Below, one piece after another: positions 14,601-28,162 of a stretch of DNA of 64,000 nucleotides (position 1 is its first letter; each line of letters begins with the position of its first letter). The notes beneath the pieces were generated by a model, which was not told where the DNA came from, did no database searches, and worked only from the letters and a program-made list of their open reading frames with translations. The translations under genes were made by a program, and so were the position numbers. Source of the stretch: the human T2T-CHM13v2.0 reference genome, Homo sapiens; NCBI RefSeq assembly GCF_009914755.1, contig NC_060934.1; one strand, written 5' to 3'.

Positions 14601-16164
14601 ATTCAAATTAAAATAACATGTTTAAGTTAGGTACATGTCAATTTTTTATGATTTCCCCATTGATTGATTTTTCAATTAATGGACCAGAAGTGAACTTTCA
14701 CTCCCTTTATCATCTCTTCCTGCAGACCTCAGAAAACTCTTATCCAACATAATAACCACCTTAAGAGTAATCGTTAAACTTTAATTATTTCCATTATAAC
14801 ATGATAGGGAGTTTAGGAAGCAGCATTTGATGAGCTATGTTCCACTTGGTAGTCACAGTGCAGTCTTTATTTGAATACTAGTTCATTTCTTGAGTTTCAC
14901 ACTAGTTTATTTCATTGACAGGACTCAATGAAATAAAGACTTTGGGAGGCAGCAGGAGTCCAGCCGAAATATTACTCTGCAGACTGTCCTGGGACCAAAA
15001 GCCTTCCAGTGTAACTTCTGTTTGTAGCAGAAGTTTGGCTGTTGTAGGGATGTTTTGTCATTGTGACCACTCCAAAGGGAGTGATTTTAAAAATCAGGAA
15101 AGAAAGATCTAAAACTCCACTCTTCCTCAAACACTACCTCTTCTAGAATGCCTCTCCCATTTATAAGGGGGTGACAGTCGGGTCTGCAGGCTACCGAGGG
15201 CCACATCTCTATTCAGTTTCTGAAGATGCCACCCAAATCACCCGTCTGTAAAATCACATCTGCAGTAAAAGTTCTCGATGAGTAGTCATGCATTTTCCCT
15301 GCTCGTATGAGATAACCAGAGCGATCACAGTGCCTCGCCCTCTACCTAGTGAGTCTTCCTAAGTCTTGGCAAATTCCTGTGGTGCTTGGTCACTCGCAGT
15401 TCTTCTAGCAAGTGGACCAGTGGCTGATGTATTCGGATTCATGTAGAGTGATGTTTGAGCCAGTTCAAAACAGTGACCACTCGAGTAATTCCTGAAAGGA
15501 CAGATTTCTGTCCTTCAGAGACTTATTCAGTCACTTTTAATGTCACTTTTTATAGGAGTGAATTCTGGATTTAGAGCTAAGTTCATTTAAATTATTTCAG
15601 TTAGGTTAAACAGTGTTCACATATATATATATTTTTTTTCGATCACCCACAGAATATTACGTAGGTTTAGGCTGAACAGCTCATTCTCTGAACCTACCCT
15701 GGATGTCTTGACTCACTGTTGCTTGGTTGCGTTAAAGACGGTATGAGCTTTAGCTTCCAAACTAACAGAAGCTGAACTCTGAGTACGTGCCAGGTCATCT
15801 ACACTCTGCACTTCCTAACGTACTGATGTTCACGGAGGGTCATTTTATGTCAGTGTTACAGCCCTTTGTTGTTGATTCAAAATTCTCTTTTGCAAGATGA
15901 GTGGAGTGAAAAGTTTCCCATTAAGCAAACTTCTCTGATCTGTTGCTATCATTGAGTTTCTAATTTGGAGGAATTGTTGAAGAAAAGACCTGCATGGATG
16001 CCTCATTTTAACCTCCTCATTGGCAGTTGCCAAGAACAGTCAGCAGCTTGGCGTGCCATGCCAGGCTGCTGCAGGGGCCCCTCCTCCCTTCCTGCTGCCA
16101 GGAGGCCTTACCAGCTTGTGTGTGCCTCTTACAACACTCTAAGGTGGGGGTGGTTTCAGTAAGG

Positions 16165-16366
16165 TAGGCTTTCTCAACCTCAGCACTATTGACATTTGGG
16201 ACTGGATAGCTCTTGGTTGTGGAGGTTGCCCTGTGCAGGCAGCATAGGATGTCAGCAGCATTCCTGGCCTCTACCTGCTGCATAACCGGCAGCAGCTCCT
16301 CAGTTGTGGCAACTGAAAACGTCTCCTTCCAGACTTTGCAAATGGCCCATTGGTTCAGAACCTCTG
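16165..16366. mobile_element. MER20 (hAT-Charlie) DNA transposon fossil
   Basis: ttctcaacctcagcactattgacatttggg...ttcctggcctctacc...cagttgtggcaactgaaaacgtctcc...agaacctctg. Confidence 0.85.
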
Positions 16367-17459
16367 AGGTTAAGGAATGTGCTGATGTGGCCTTCGGTGC
16401 CTATCTCTACCTGTGGTTTCTTCTGCCTCCTCCCAGACAAGGTCTCCAGGTGACCCAGCTTTGCTTTTGCTTTTAAGGAACCTGGGCCCTATCTGGGATG
16501 CTCTGTCTGGATCGGAGGCATGGACGGCCAGGTCTAGGCTTTCCCTTGGGAGAGAACCCTGATGGGTTGAAGATTGTGTAGCCTCAAGCCTCTTTGCTCT
16601 CCCCATGTCTGTGTTCTTAATGCAGAGGACAGTAACTTTGAATAACTTTTTAGAGGGTTTTTTGGTTTGGTAATTGTTTTTTGATAATTTGGTGGATCAC
16701 TAAAATTATTCTCCAGTCTAAACTTTAGAAAAAGAACTTACTCATAACATTTCTCACCGCTTTTATATTTTGTTTGTGAAAAATTACATTTGCAAAAAGA
16801 AAAGAAAAAAGGATAGCCATCCTTCCGAAGGTTTTGACTACATCTTAAAATCCTAAATTACTGATGCAAGCCAAACACAGCTTCTTCCTGTTGGGAGTTT
16901 CTGCTGTATTCTTGTTGATGTCAGTCATATAAACAAACTTCAAATTAAAAACCACAAGGAACAGCTGTAGGGGCTCTGGAGCAGGGATTCTGCCCGGAGA
17001 CAGGCAGGCAGCACAATCCTCGAGAGTTCCCAGGAAATGAAATTCCACATTTGGTGTGAGCAGCCCAGGTCTTTCCATGGTATTCCTAGCACATACGGTG
17101 TGCTTTCAAGCCTTTGATCTATACCCTCTGAAGGGCCTATGTTTTACAGCCTTTCCAGAACACAGAGCCCAGGGCTCACACCTATCGATTCCAAGGGAGC
17201 AAGCCATCAAACTTATACCAATTCTTGAAACCACTAAGATACATTTGCAAGATAAATGGGTTCAAGCTCTCCTACATCCCACGGTTCTATACTTGGGGTG
17301 GGGTATTTAGAGGTAGCTTAGAATTACAGTCAAGTAAGGTCCTTCACTTTTTGTCTGATAGAATCATCCCAGCATGGCCCCAGATCGTTCTTGCATTTGT
17401 GGGTAAACATCATTTGTCACTCATAATAAGAAAGTGGGAAGAGGAGAATGTTAACATAC

Positions 17460-17531
17460 CTATAGATAATACATGCACTGTTCCTGCATGTGTCACAATT
17501 AGCTGTGTCTTGCCCCGTCCGATATGAAAGC
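17460..17531 (-). CDS. INSYN2A: INSYN2A 72-nt internal coding exon (G)LSYRTGQDTANCDTCRNSACIIY(S)
   Basis: Acceptor tcctgttcttatcttgtAG (17533-17532) and donor AG|GTATGT (17459). Phase 2 at both ends and open in frame with the flanking exons. Not in the ORF track; found by reading the minus strand. Confidence 0.93.
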
Positions 17532-17925
17532 CTACAAGATAAGAACAGGAGAGCATTACAAGCGGTGGCTGGGGGTCACTGGCTTTATAGAGCAGATGCC
17601 TCAAATCAGATGCCTTCCCAATGCCAAGCTCATCATGGTCATGGAAATTGATTAATGCATGCTTCCCAGTTTGCTCCTGTCTCTGCTTTCGTTGTACAAA
17701 ACCAATGCAACACCTACAGCTAAGATGATATTTAAATTAAATTTAGAAGTGAACATAAGCTCCTGGATGAAGTAAATAATATGATTTCGTTATAAGCACA
17801 GGGAATGTGGGATGTTTCAATGCAGATTTATGGTGTTTTAAAGAAACTTTGAGGAAAAACCAACCACATACACATATGCTGACTCCATGGCTTATGTTTG
17901 CTCTACCCCACCTGTCCTGCTACAA

Positions 17926-18233
17926 CTGGGACTGGCAAAGTGCGGCCTGCAGGCCAAATCCCGCCGGGGCCTGGTTTTGTCCAGCAAACTAAGAATGGAT
18001 TTTACATTTTTAAGCACTTGAAAAAAAATTGAAAGCATATAATATTTGTGACACATGGAAATGATCCGAAATTCAAATTTCAGTGTCCATGAATAAAGTT
18101 TTTACTTTTGAAAATAAAATGGTGAAAATTTTTATGAAAATACCTATTTCTAGTATCCTCAATTTTGCCTCTTGGTCTGCAAATCCCTGAACATTTACTC
18201 TCTGGCTCTTTAGAGAAGAAAATGCCAAGCCTT
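17926..18233. mobile_element. MER58-family (B/C-like) DNA transposon fossil
   Basis: ggcaaagtgcggcctgcaggccaaatcc...ctaagaatggattttacatttttaa...attcaaatttcagtgtccatgaataaagtttt. Confidence 0.75.
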
Positions 18234-20109
18234 ATGTTAGAATGTCTTACTCCCATTGCCATAACTTCTGAGTTACTTTCCCTGGCTTTATTCTCTGGTC
18301 AGTTCTGTCAGACCCCTGAGGCCGGGCAGATTTTGGCCTTTGTAGGGGAGGTTGCTAATTCTCCCCCCTAATTAAAAAATTAATAATAATGATCTTGGGG
18401 TCTTTCTGTAGTATATTGTTGAAGGTTGTATAAACATAAAGGGTTGATGATGAGAATTTTCTGGACCAGGCTGGAGTTGCCTTGGCTGTTTCTTGGTCCA
18501 GCCACGTAGGAACAGCTGGGGAGTGTTTCATGCCTTCACAGTTTCTCCTATTTTATCCAGCCTTTCCTCTCTGACATTTTTAACATGCAGATGTGTATTT
18601 TCTGGATATTATTTTGTGTCCAGGCACAGACATGATAACCGGAATGTTAAATTTGTGGCAGGAGAAAAGCTCCCATCTGCATTAGCTTATAAACACTCTG
18701 GGGGCAAATTTCCACGTACAGAGCTACTCACCAGAGTAACAGTGTGCACAGAAGGTCTTCTGTCAACATTGCTAGTCAGTACTTTTTATCCCCTTTGCTG
18801 TGTAAACTTCTCTGCATCATGGGTTTTAAATTGAAAATAACTTTTGTTTTCCTCATTATATTGTCTGTTACATCAACATTTGACAAAAGGATTGTCTGCT
18901 ACATGCCGTGATTGTCTCAGTGGGCTTGCAAAACTCAGACGTGACCTCATGGTTATGTGCAGTTTGTTGATCAAGTGACCATATTCTGCTCCAAAGTGTT
19001 GCCAGGCACTTTCTGTGATTCATCATATTTCAGCCAGAATTGGAATTACAGTATGGCTGTCTCTATCGTCTTTCCATCATCACCTCCCACATGAGGTGCC
19101 TTTGGAACCCCACAGCAGGCCATTCCGTTCTCCCGTTGGCTTTGTCAGGAGAGAGGGGGATGAACAGCCTGTGCCTTATCCCCTCCCCTTGTTCCTCACC
19201 AGACACGGTGATTTTGTAGTCCTTACCCCTTTCCTCCTCATGGCAAGCCCCAAGAATGCATTCCTCCTGCACCTTCCCACCTGGCTCCAGATTTGTCCAC
19301 CCTATGGCAAGGCTCTTCCACATGATGACATCACCCTTCTCCCTTCTCTCTTGCCCTATATAGACTTACAGCCTTTCTCCATCAGCTAATTCTACTGGAG
19401 CTCGGCTCTAAGCTCAGTGCTGACCAAGGTCATTTTGCACAGTGAAGTCAGTGCCATCCTTGAGCTCAGGTGCTGGCAATGGCACGGTCCACGCTGAATG
19501 TGTTGTTAAACTGTTGGCTTGGGTGGCAGATGAGGTACTGCTCTACTATTGTGTTGTGCTAGTGGGTATAAGCCAGCAGTCAGGAGAAAGTACCTAGTAC
19601 TTGTCTATATGTGCTAGTCATATCCAAATTTTAGGTTCTTACAGTGGGCGAAACCAGGGATATTTACAGTTTTCTGAAGGCACTCTTTTTGTGCTCATAG
19701 GAAAGTGTGAATTCTAAGCTTATAGAACCTTCCTGCCCTAAACCTCAGGGGAAATGTCTATCAAGCCTCATCAACATCAACACTCCTTCCTTGCCCAGTG
19801 TCCAAGTTTCCCAGTGCCTCACTTGCATTAGAGCCCTGAGCCTTCTAATTATGCTAGCCCCACTTACAGAGGAGCATACAGTCACACTTCAGGTCCAGGA
19901 TCTCATTATTCTTAGGCCCCAGGCTTCTGATGCTCCCTGTCACCTTGCTTGTATGCTGGGGCTGGTGTTCTGCACCACATGTAATTGGCAGCTTGGGATA
20001 GGCAATGAACCTGACAATGAGAGGACAAAGGCTTCAGGCACCTGAAATGTACAAGAGGAATCTTCCAGGACCTTGGAGTACTTCAGTAAGAAATTGCTTT
20101 TCTGAATCT

Positions 20110-20472
20110 TTTCTTCTCTTTTCTTTACTTTTCTTTTCTCTTTTTCTTCTTCTTCTTCTTCTTCTTCTTTTTTTTTTTTTTTTTTTTTTGAGACCGAGTT
20201 TCGCTCTTGTTGCCCAGGCTGGAGTGCAATGGGCACAATCTGGGCTCACCACAACCTCCGCCTCCTGGGTTCAAGCGATTCTCCTGCCTCAGCCTACCGA
20301 GTAGCTGGGATTACAGGCATACGCCACCACTCCCGGCTAATTTTGTATTTTTAGTAGAGACGGGGTTTCTCTATGTTGGTCAGGCTGGTCTTGAACTCCC
20401 AACCTCAAGTGATCTTCCCGCCTCGGCCTCCCAAAGTGTTGGGATTACAGGCGTGTGCCACCATGCCTGGCC
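20110..20472 (-). mobile_element. AluSp/Sq-like SINE with a (GAA)n-containing tail
   Basis: Reverse Alu (gagaccgagtttcgctcttgttgcccaggctgg...ccatgcctggcc) preceded on + by a T-run and (CTT)8. Confidence 0.95.
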
Positions 20473-20539
20473 CGAGATATTGCTCTTCTAAAGCCCTTCC
20501 TGAAAAGACTTTACTGCAGTCACTTTGTAGAAAGCACAT

Positions 20540-21070
20540 ATTCCTCCATTACGGTCAGTAAGCAAATAGTTATTAAGTACATACTAAGTGTGAAACATTT
20601 TTCTGGCTCTACAGGAGACATTTGCGAATAAGATGGAGTCCTTGTCCTCACAAAGCTCACAGTGGCGTGGGAGTGGCAGAAGGGCAACATAAATGCATAA
20701 ATGAGCGAACGGTTAATTTTTGATACTGCTGAGTGTTAAGGAAGTGTTGTGAAGCAGTATTTTGGTCTAGAATGAACTCTAAGGAGGTGACATTTTTAGT
20801 GAGACCTGGATGGTAATGAAAAAGCAGTCAGTCATCTGTTGACCCAGGGTTGGATGTTGCAAACACAAAGACCGTCACGTGTTAACATCCTGCAGTGGGA
20901 ATGATGTTCCTCTGTTTGCAAGTCAGAAAAAAAGGCCAGTGCTGCTGGAATAGATGCAGCAGGTGAGAGTGGGGAGAGATGAGGACATGTGTATAAAATG
21001 AGAGGCCCTTTGGGCATTATTTTAAATTGAATGGGAAGCCACTATAGTTTTTCTTATAGGTGGTTGAATG
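20540..21070 (-). mobile_element. L2 fragment
   Basis: agcaaatagttattaagtacatactaagtg...gtccttgtcctcacaaagctcacag...ggaggtgacattt...gggaagccact. Confidence 0.55.
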
Positions 21071-22455
21071 ACATGGAAACACTTCTTGACTTTTACTCTC
21101 AATCCTCTCCTTCTATAACATCATTTTCACTCAATTTTCTTTCTCTTGCTTCTTTTATTTACAACCCAGCCCAATTCACCAATTCCTGAGAAATGGTTTG
21201 GCTGACGTTTGTTGGTAAGAACCAAAGGAGTCATTGTGTTTTCTTTGGAGACATATCTGTGGTCATTCTTTTTTTAGCTAGTTGAAAACAGTGGGTGGTC
21301 TGTCAGTTTCTAAATATATGTATGTTTCTCCCATGTGTGAGAATTATTTTTAGGACTTCATTACCATGAAGGTGAGGTTTTGTTTAAGTTTTGTTTGGGA
21401 TCTTTCTTTTGTTTAAAGGAATCAGTTGTTTGGAGTCCATGAATGTCAGCAGGAGATTAATTTGTGAATAAAATTTAAAGTGTTGACCTTGTCATGTGGT
21501 TAATTCACAGGCAGCTGCCAGCAGCTGGTGTCAATCAGGGTATGCCTGCTAAAATTTTATTAAGCACGAGAGTGTTCTCAATAGAGGGCTTAAAACTATG
21601 TAATCCATTGTGCTTACTGCTTTCATAATCCATCTAATTGTCCTTGAAGCTTCCAAGCTGTAGGGTTTGGCTTCACTGATAATTTTATGGTCACATTAAT
21701 AATTGGGCTGCAGCATCTGAATATGTTCTCCAAATAGAGATGAAACAGATAAGTTATTTCTACAGGACAGGGAACACAGAGTGCTGTTATGGAATTTCCC
21801 TATTTTTTCCTTCTCAACTTGGAAACACATCAGAAAACAGTACTTTGAATGATTCTCTATATTGCCATTGCCATAAGGAAGAACAACCTAAAAACTTTAA
21901 ACTGCTAGAGCAGATTCTTCTCCAGTGACAGTAGGGCTGGAGATCTTTTGTAGATTAGAAGTTTAGAGAGGAGAAAGCTTAGGTTATTGATGTAAAACCT
22001 GCAGTGGAAGAACATTTGGATCACAAATTATAAATTTTCTGTCTTGCAGATTAATTGCTACCTTTGTAAAGCACTCTTCCCTTTTGCTTTGAGGAGCCTG
22101 TATTATATATACATAGGCTTGTAACTCCATGCGTGATACAATACCTGGTACCTTCTGGGCATTCAGTTAATGTTGATGTAGCCAAGTCATAGAGTCCATA
22201 TTTGTATTTTCATAAGTCCAGAATAACACACTTACCTATTTAAAGAATTCCAACTGAGTGTGGACAAAAACCCTGACAGGTATAAATTGTGAAAAGTTCT
22301 AGTCTTCATTTTTCTCCCCATATGAACTCCTTTGGGTGCTAATGATAAGCATGTTCATTGTAAATATGGATTTTGTGGCATTCACTATGTATCGTCCCAT
22401 GGCAGTTAGTTGTAAGTATTCTCTTAACAATGCATATAGCTTGGAAAACATCGCA

Positions 22456-22476
22456 TTCAGCACCAGGGACAGTGTT
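22456..22476 (+). promoter_or_regulatory. RE1/NRSE (REST-binding) element
   Basis: TTCAGCACCAGGGACAGTGTT versus consensus TTCAGCACCACGGACAGCGCC: 17/21 matches, both half-sites perfect, canonical 2-nt spacer. Confidence 0.75.
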
Positions 22477-23129
22477 AAAAGTCCAAGGAGCTCTCTTTTT
22501 TTGGTGCTTTTGTTTTCTGTTCTGTTGACCCTCTAGCCTCCCATCCTTCTAGAACTGGGTTTTATCCCAGGGACCAATTTGGGGACCCTGGACCTCTCCT
22601 TGCTTGATGCCTTTTGAACACTCCTTGGTCAAGGTAGGCTTGCCTGTTAGAGGAGCCTGGACATGAACTGTTAATAGGGAAGCTATAAGAACATAGACTC
22701 TGCGACAGTGCATGAAAGAGAAGGTGATGCTCTGTTAGAAACAGAAGGGATCTGGACAAGCCAATTCTACAAGGTGGTTTTTGTGGAGTCCAGTTTTTGA
22801 GTCATTTACATTTCTGTTTTGTAGTGAACCACCTTTCTTCACAGGACTTTGCTCTACTTTAAAGAAAGGAAAATAAACTTGGCTTACAGAACACAGCGTG
22901 GAGCTCTAGTCAGGGCTACCTCTCTGTAATGGCCTGGACCTCTCAGGTTTAGCTCAGCATGCAGTTCCCCAGTTTCTCTAGCTACCTTATACCTTTATAA
23001 TAATCGGCTCTAATTCTTCAGTTGTTACTATCAGCAATTCCTGAATGTATAAATAAATATATATACTTGTATACTTACAAGTATATAACATACCTGAATT
23101 TTTTTGTGTGTAAATACACACACATACAT

Positions 23130-23318
23130 ACCTTTGTAAATTTATTTTCAAAAGTAGTGACAATTCGGGGCATGCAGGTCTTCAGTTAATCCTTTTTGGA
23201 CCAATAGCAAAAGAGGGAATATATGCACCTTTGTATATTTATTTTAAAAACTGGTGACAATTTGGGGTATACGTGTTTTCAGTTATTCCTTTTACGGACC
23301 GTTGGCAAAAGAGGGCAT
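23130..23318. repeat. Diverged tandem duplication, 2 x ~97 bp
   Basis: acctttgtaaatttattttcaaaagtagtgacaattcggggcat...gcaaaagagggaat (from 23130) aligns colinearly with acctttgtatatttattttaaaaactggtgacaatttggggtat...gcaaaagagggcat (from 23227). Confidence 0.85.
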
Positions 23319-26300
23319 CACGGGTAGACATTTGAAAAGAAACAAAGAAGGGCAGGCCCATGGCAGAGCTGGTGCTGCAGTTTTTGTGACACCACTGCAG
23401 GAATGATAAAGGAGGAGGGTGGCTGCCGGCCTCAGCCTGAGAGCCGCACCATGGCCACGTCCTGGGTGGCAGGGACTCCGAGGAGCAGGGCACGGGAGGG
23501 CTGGACGGCATCTGCTCTTTCATGCTGACACCACAGGGAGATCTAAGTCAGCAGGGCCCTGGGTGTTAGGAAGGGTGTTGAGAAATGTCAGAGAAAGATC
23601 ACTGCAAGCTTTCTTCCCGGCCACATATCCAAGCTCTGCTTAGTGTCTCCGAGACCTTGAAGATGGGGCCTGAGAGGCAGGACTAACAACTCTGAGGCAA
23701 TCATAACAAAACATGAATTGTTTGGTTAAAAGGTCAGGAAAGAAAAAAAAAAAAAAGTCTCTCACTGTGCTGTCATTAGAAGCAAAGACCGAGAAAGTGA
23801 CAAGCATCTCCTAGAGGAATGGTTAGCAAGTGGAAACTAATTTTACAGTACCTAATAGTAATTACAGTACTAGTATTGGGTTATTGGATTGATGTAAATG
23901 TGCTGTTTTTACTGCCATAGTCTCACAACACTGTTTCCTTCATAAGATCTTAAATTCTCAATGGAAAGTTCTCTTCTCACATTCCTGGGTGACTGGATGG
24001 GGCATTTGTGTGTGCCTGGTCTGGTTGCAGAGTTCAGCAGCATGCTGTGGGCCCCTCCCTGGAAGATGTGTTCAGTACTCAGTGCAGGGGAGGGCAAGTG
24101 ACCCAGTTGTTGATTTGCTGCTCTTTTAAATGCCTTGTTAATTTTCAGCCAGTTCAGAGCTTCTAGCATGTCAGGGAGCAGCACGTTGGATAGTGCTGAA
24201 ATCAAAGCATGACCTTCTAAGTGTGGTCTTCAAAATGTTCATTACATAGGGTATGGCAATTGTCACACTGAATCAATTCAGAGGCTGTATCCTAGGTTTA
24301 CCTGTATGGACCTTAGCTAGAGATGGTGGTTGTTGCAGATATAAAAAAGGCATGGTCTCTGCTCTCAAAGAAAATGTTTTTGCCGTTAATTTATTCTCTT
24401 AAGTTTGATCTCTCTTGTTCTTTCAGTTTTCTTACTGGATGCAACAACCGTTTTTTTCTTCTGCATTCTTACCCAGGTTTGTGCACTAGCTGTCTCTTCT
24501 CGATAACTAAGCCATCATTTATGTCAGCATCTTGAAGGGCTTTTTCACTTAATAGTCTCAAAGTGACATTAATTAGAGGCATAAAATGATACCACCACTA
24601 TTGCTGGGAGAAATTAAGTTTCAAAAAGTAGTAAAGGCACTGTTTTCAGTGATTCCCTCCTATGTTTGAGAGCCACTCTGAGCAGTAGATTTGGCTTGTT
24701 TCTGAATCTAAGGTCTCACCAGGAGTTTGCCAGATTATGCCCCGGACATGTACTTATTTTAGATGTCAGCTGTTTACAGCTAAAGTGGATTTAGACTTCA
24801 CCATATACTCATGGAAACGCAAGTACATTGTCTTAGCATTTGAGCTGTTAAATGCTAGAATTTGAGGGAACAGCCAATTTATGGTTGCTAAAAGAATATG
24901 AAGTTGATTTTCATAACCAACTCCCAGGATCACCCCTTCATTAGTCAAAGGCGGTACTGGCTTTTGGTGATGGTTTGTCTGTTCCCTTTTTCCCAGTAGC
25001 TGATAGGACCCATCTGTCAGCCAGCATCCAACTTGCTGAAGTGAGGCTGAGCAGTTATGAGATCCTTGCTGGCCTTGGATCTCCAAGTAGACAAAGTAAG
25101 TTGTTAGTGGTAAAAACTGAAGTTGCAATTTGAAGAGCACAAATTGTGACCCTCCATACTGGCAAGGCTGTTTGGAGTACTGCCTCTGTTCTCCCCTGCT
25201 TTTGGGATGTCGAACAGGGGTGAGTGTTGACACCTCTCCAGCTGCCCGGCTGCCACCTTTTGAGAGTTCTGCTGGAGCAGCTGTTCTTTACGGATCCTTT
25301 GGCTGGCTCTCCCCCACTCTCCTCGCCTCTGCTCCATTTCCTCTGCCAGAACACCTGTCTTGCCATGTTGTCATGGCAGGCTAATCTTTCTTTGTTCGCC
25401 AGTCACAGAGGAGATGGCAAGAAAGATCTGTGGGTACATGGAATGATGAATGAAGGAACAAATGAAAAAATATAATTGAGAAGGTGTCTTTGTCTCAGAT
25501 CTATGGGGGTTGGATTGACCCCTGTTCCAGAGAAACTTAGCAGCTTTTTCCTGACAGTTAAGTAAAACTCTGGAAAACTGTCTCCCATGTTTTCTGCTCA
25601 GGACGTTGATGATGGGACAGGCAGTGTCTGTGGTAGAGTTACTTTAATATAACCACCACTCATGGGTTTCGAGAACGTTAATGCGATTTGATATTGTCTG
25701 ATTGGTTTCTCTTTTCTCCAGCTCTTTCGCCTGCAGATATATGTCAGGTGGTAAAGCTGATCCCATTAGCTCTCAGTATTCTCCATTTGTCTAGAATGTC
25801 TTTCTGGGGAAGGGCAAATACTTCTTTTTCAGACACCCGTGTAATCTCCCTGAATATGAACATGCATTTTCTATAGTGTTTCTTGTATACAGTTGTGTCC
25901 CAATTGATTAGTTTAAGGGAGATCTATTTTTGTCATCCCATGTGAGAACTTGGAAGTAATATATCTCTAAGAACATGATAGTTAGATCTGATAGCATTCT
26001 AATGCTGAATCTCCATATAGATTAAAGGATTTTGAGGGCTACCCTGGCAACCTCAACACAAATTACTTAGCAATGATGTTTGGAGCACAGCTAATTCAGA
26101 AGTTGAGTTGGGTCTGTCTTCATCCCATTTCTCTTTACCTTACTTTTTTTCCATGGTAGGGCAAAGTTCTCAGAATCACACACATCCCATTCCCCTAAAG
26201 CCAGGAATCGAGATTTAAACCCTGGAAGGATCACCTGTACATGTAAACTCCATGTGGTCTCATTTAACATGTCAGGATAATTTTCAACAAGCCTAGTTAT

Positions 26301-26939
26301 TTCTACTTAGTGTTCTAATCATAGACTTTAATGGACTTTGCTACAAAGGAGCCGACGTAACGAGCCGGCCTCCCCAGGCCTGCCAGTCCCAGTTCATCTG
26401 GGGCTTGCTGTGTGTCAGCACTGTGCATGGCCTGTGCTGGGGAACAGTTGCTTGGAAGAATAAAACACAGGTCTCGCCCCCAGACACTTAAAATCCAGAA
26501 GACCTTTGTTTCCAAAATGAAGGAATTCTTGATGGGTTAAGGAAGCAGAGTCACAGAACCCTGAACAGTAGCACTCCTTCCATGGGACTGTTCTAACCCG
26601 CATGCAAACCTGCATCCTTGGTCCGGGCCCGGCTTCTCTCTTCCCTCCGGGGCAGCACAGCACATCCTCAGTGCAGCACTCCCAGCACCTTGTTTGTGGC
26701 TCTCTTGCAGACCATGCCACTGTGGAATCTGATGATCAGATGCACTTTCTCTGTCCTATGGGACTGGGCATTTTGCTGGCTGGGAACATGTCTTTGTTCC
26801 TCTTCACAATCCTAGCTGATAGCTTGGTGACTTCTGCAGATCGGGGCTTGAGGTGCATCAGCAATGCCTGGTCCTTTCATGCCCAGTGAAAGTCAGTTTC
26901 CTTCCCACCTCTCCCTCCCTCCCTGCTTGAGACTTCTCC

Positions 26940-27160
26940 GCCACATTTATCGCCATGGAGTATACCGGGAGCTGTAGCTATTTCGCTTTCCCTGTCTCCC
27001 TCCACGAGAAGGTCAACACAATGTGGGCAGAGGTTTTTGTCTGTTCCCGGGCGGGCAAACTTTCAGTGCCCACCTCAGGGCCAGAAGTAGAGTAGATGAC
27101 TGAGAAATATCTTTTGAATAATGCTTGAGTGAATGAATGAATGAGTGAATGAATGAGGAG
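26940..27160 (+). mobile_element. L2 3'-end fragment with a (GAAT)n tail
   Basis: aaatatcttttgaataatgcttgagtgaatgaatgaatgagtgaatgaatga. Confidence 0.6.
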
Positions 27161-27578
27161 TCTGTGTGAGTGCCCTTTTGGGTGAACTGATAACATGCCC
27201 TTTTGCTTCTGAAAGGGAAAATAGGACTCTCACAATTTTGTGATGCGTCTGTCTAAATAGTATTCATATTAGCCCATTTTAAATTTCCTCAAACAAGTAG
27301 AAAAAAGATCAGTCGTCTTCTGCTTCCGACACCCAGTTTTGAAAATAAATAGCTTAGTCTTGCACCTAAACCAGGCCCACTTCCGTGTCTGGATAAAGCC
27401 TTCCTTTTTTTTTTTTTTTTTTTGCCCTGAAGCAATCCTGGTGGACGTGTTCCAGGAAGAAACACCCTTAATGAACTCAGTGGCTTTCTTTCGATGGTGT
27501 GGACAAATTAACTTTTATTGGCCTCGCAGCTCCCCAGATGTGGTGACACTATAATTCTGGGGAGGCTCTGGCTGTTAG

Positions 27579-28162
<584 letters not shown>

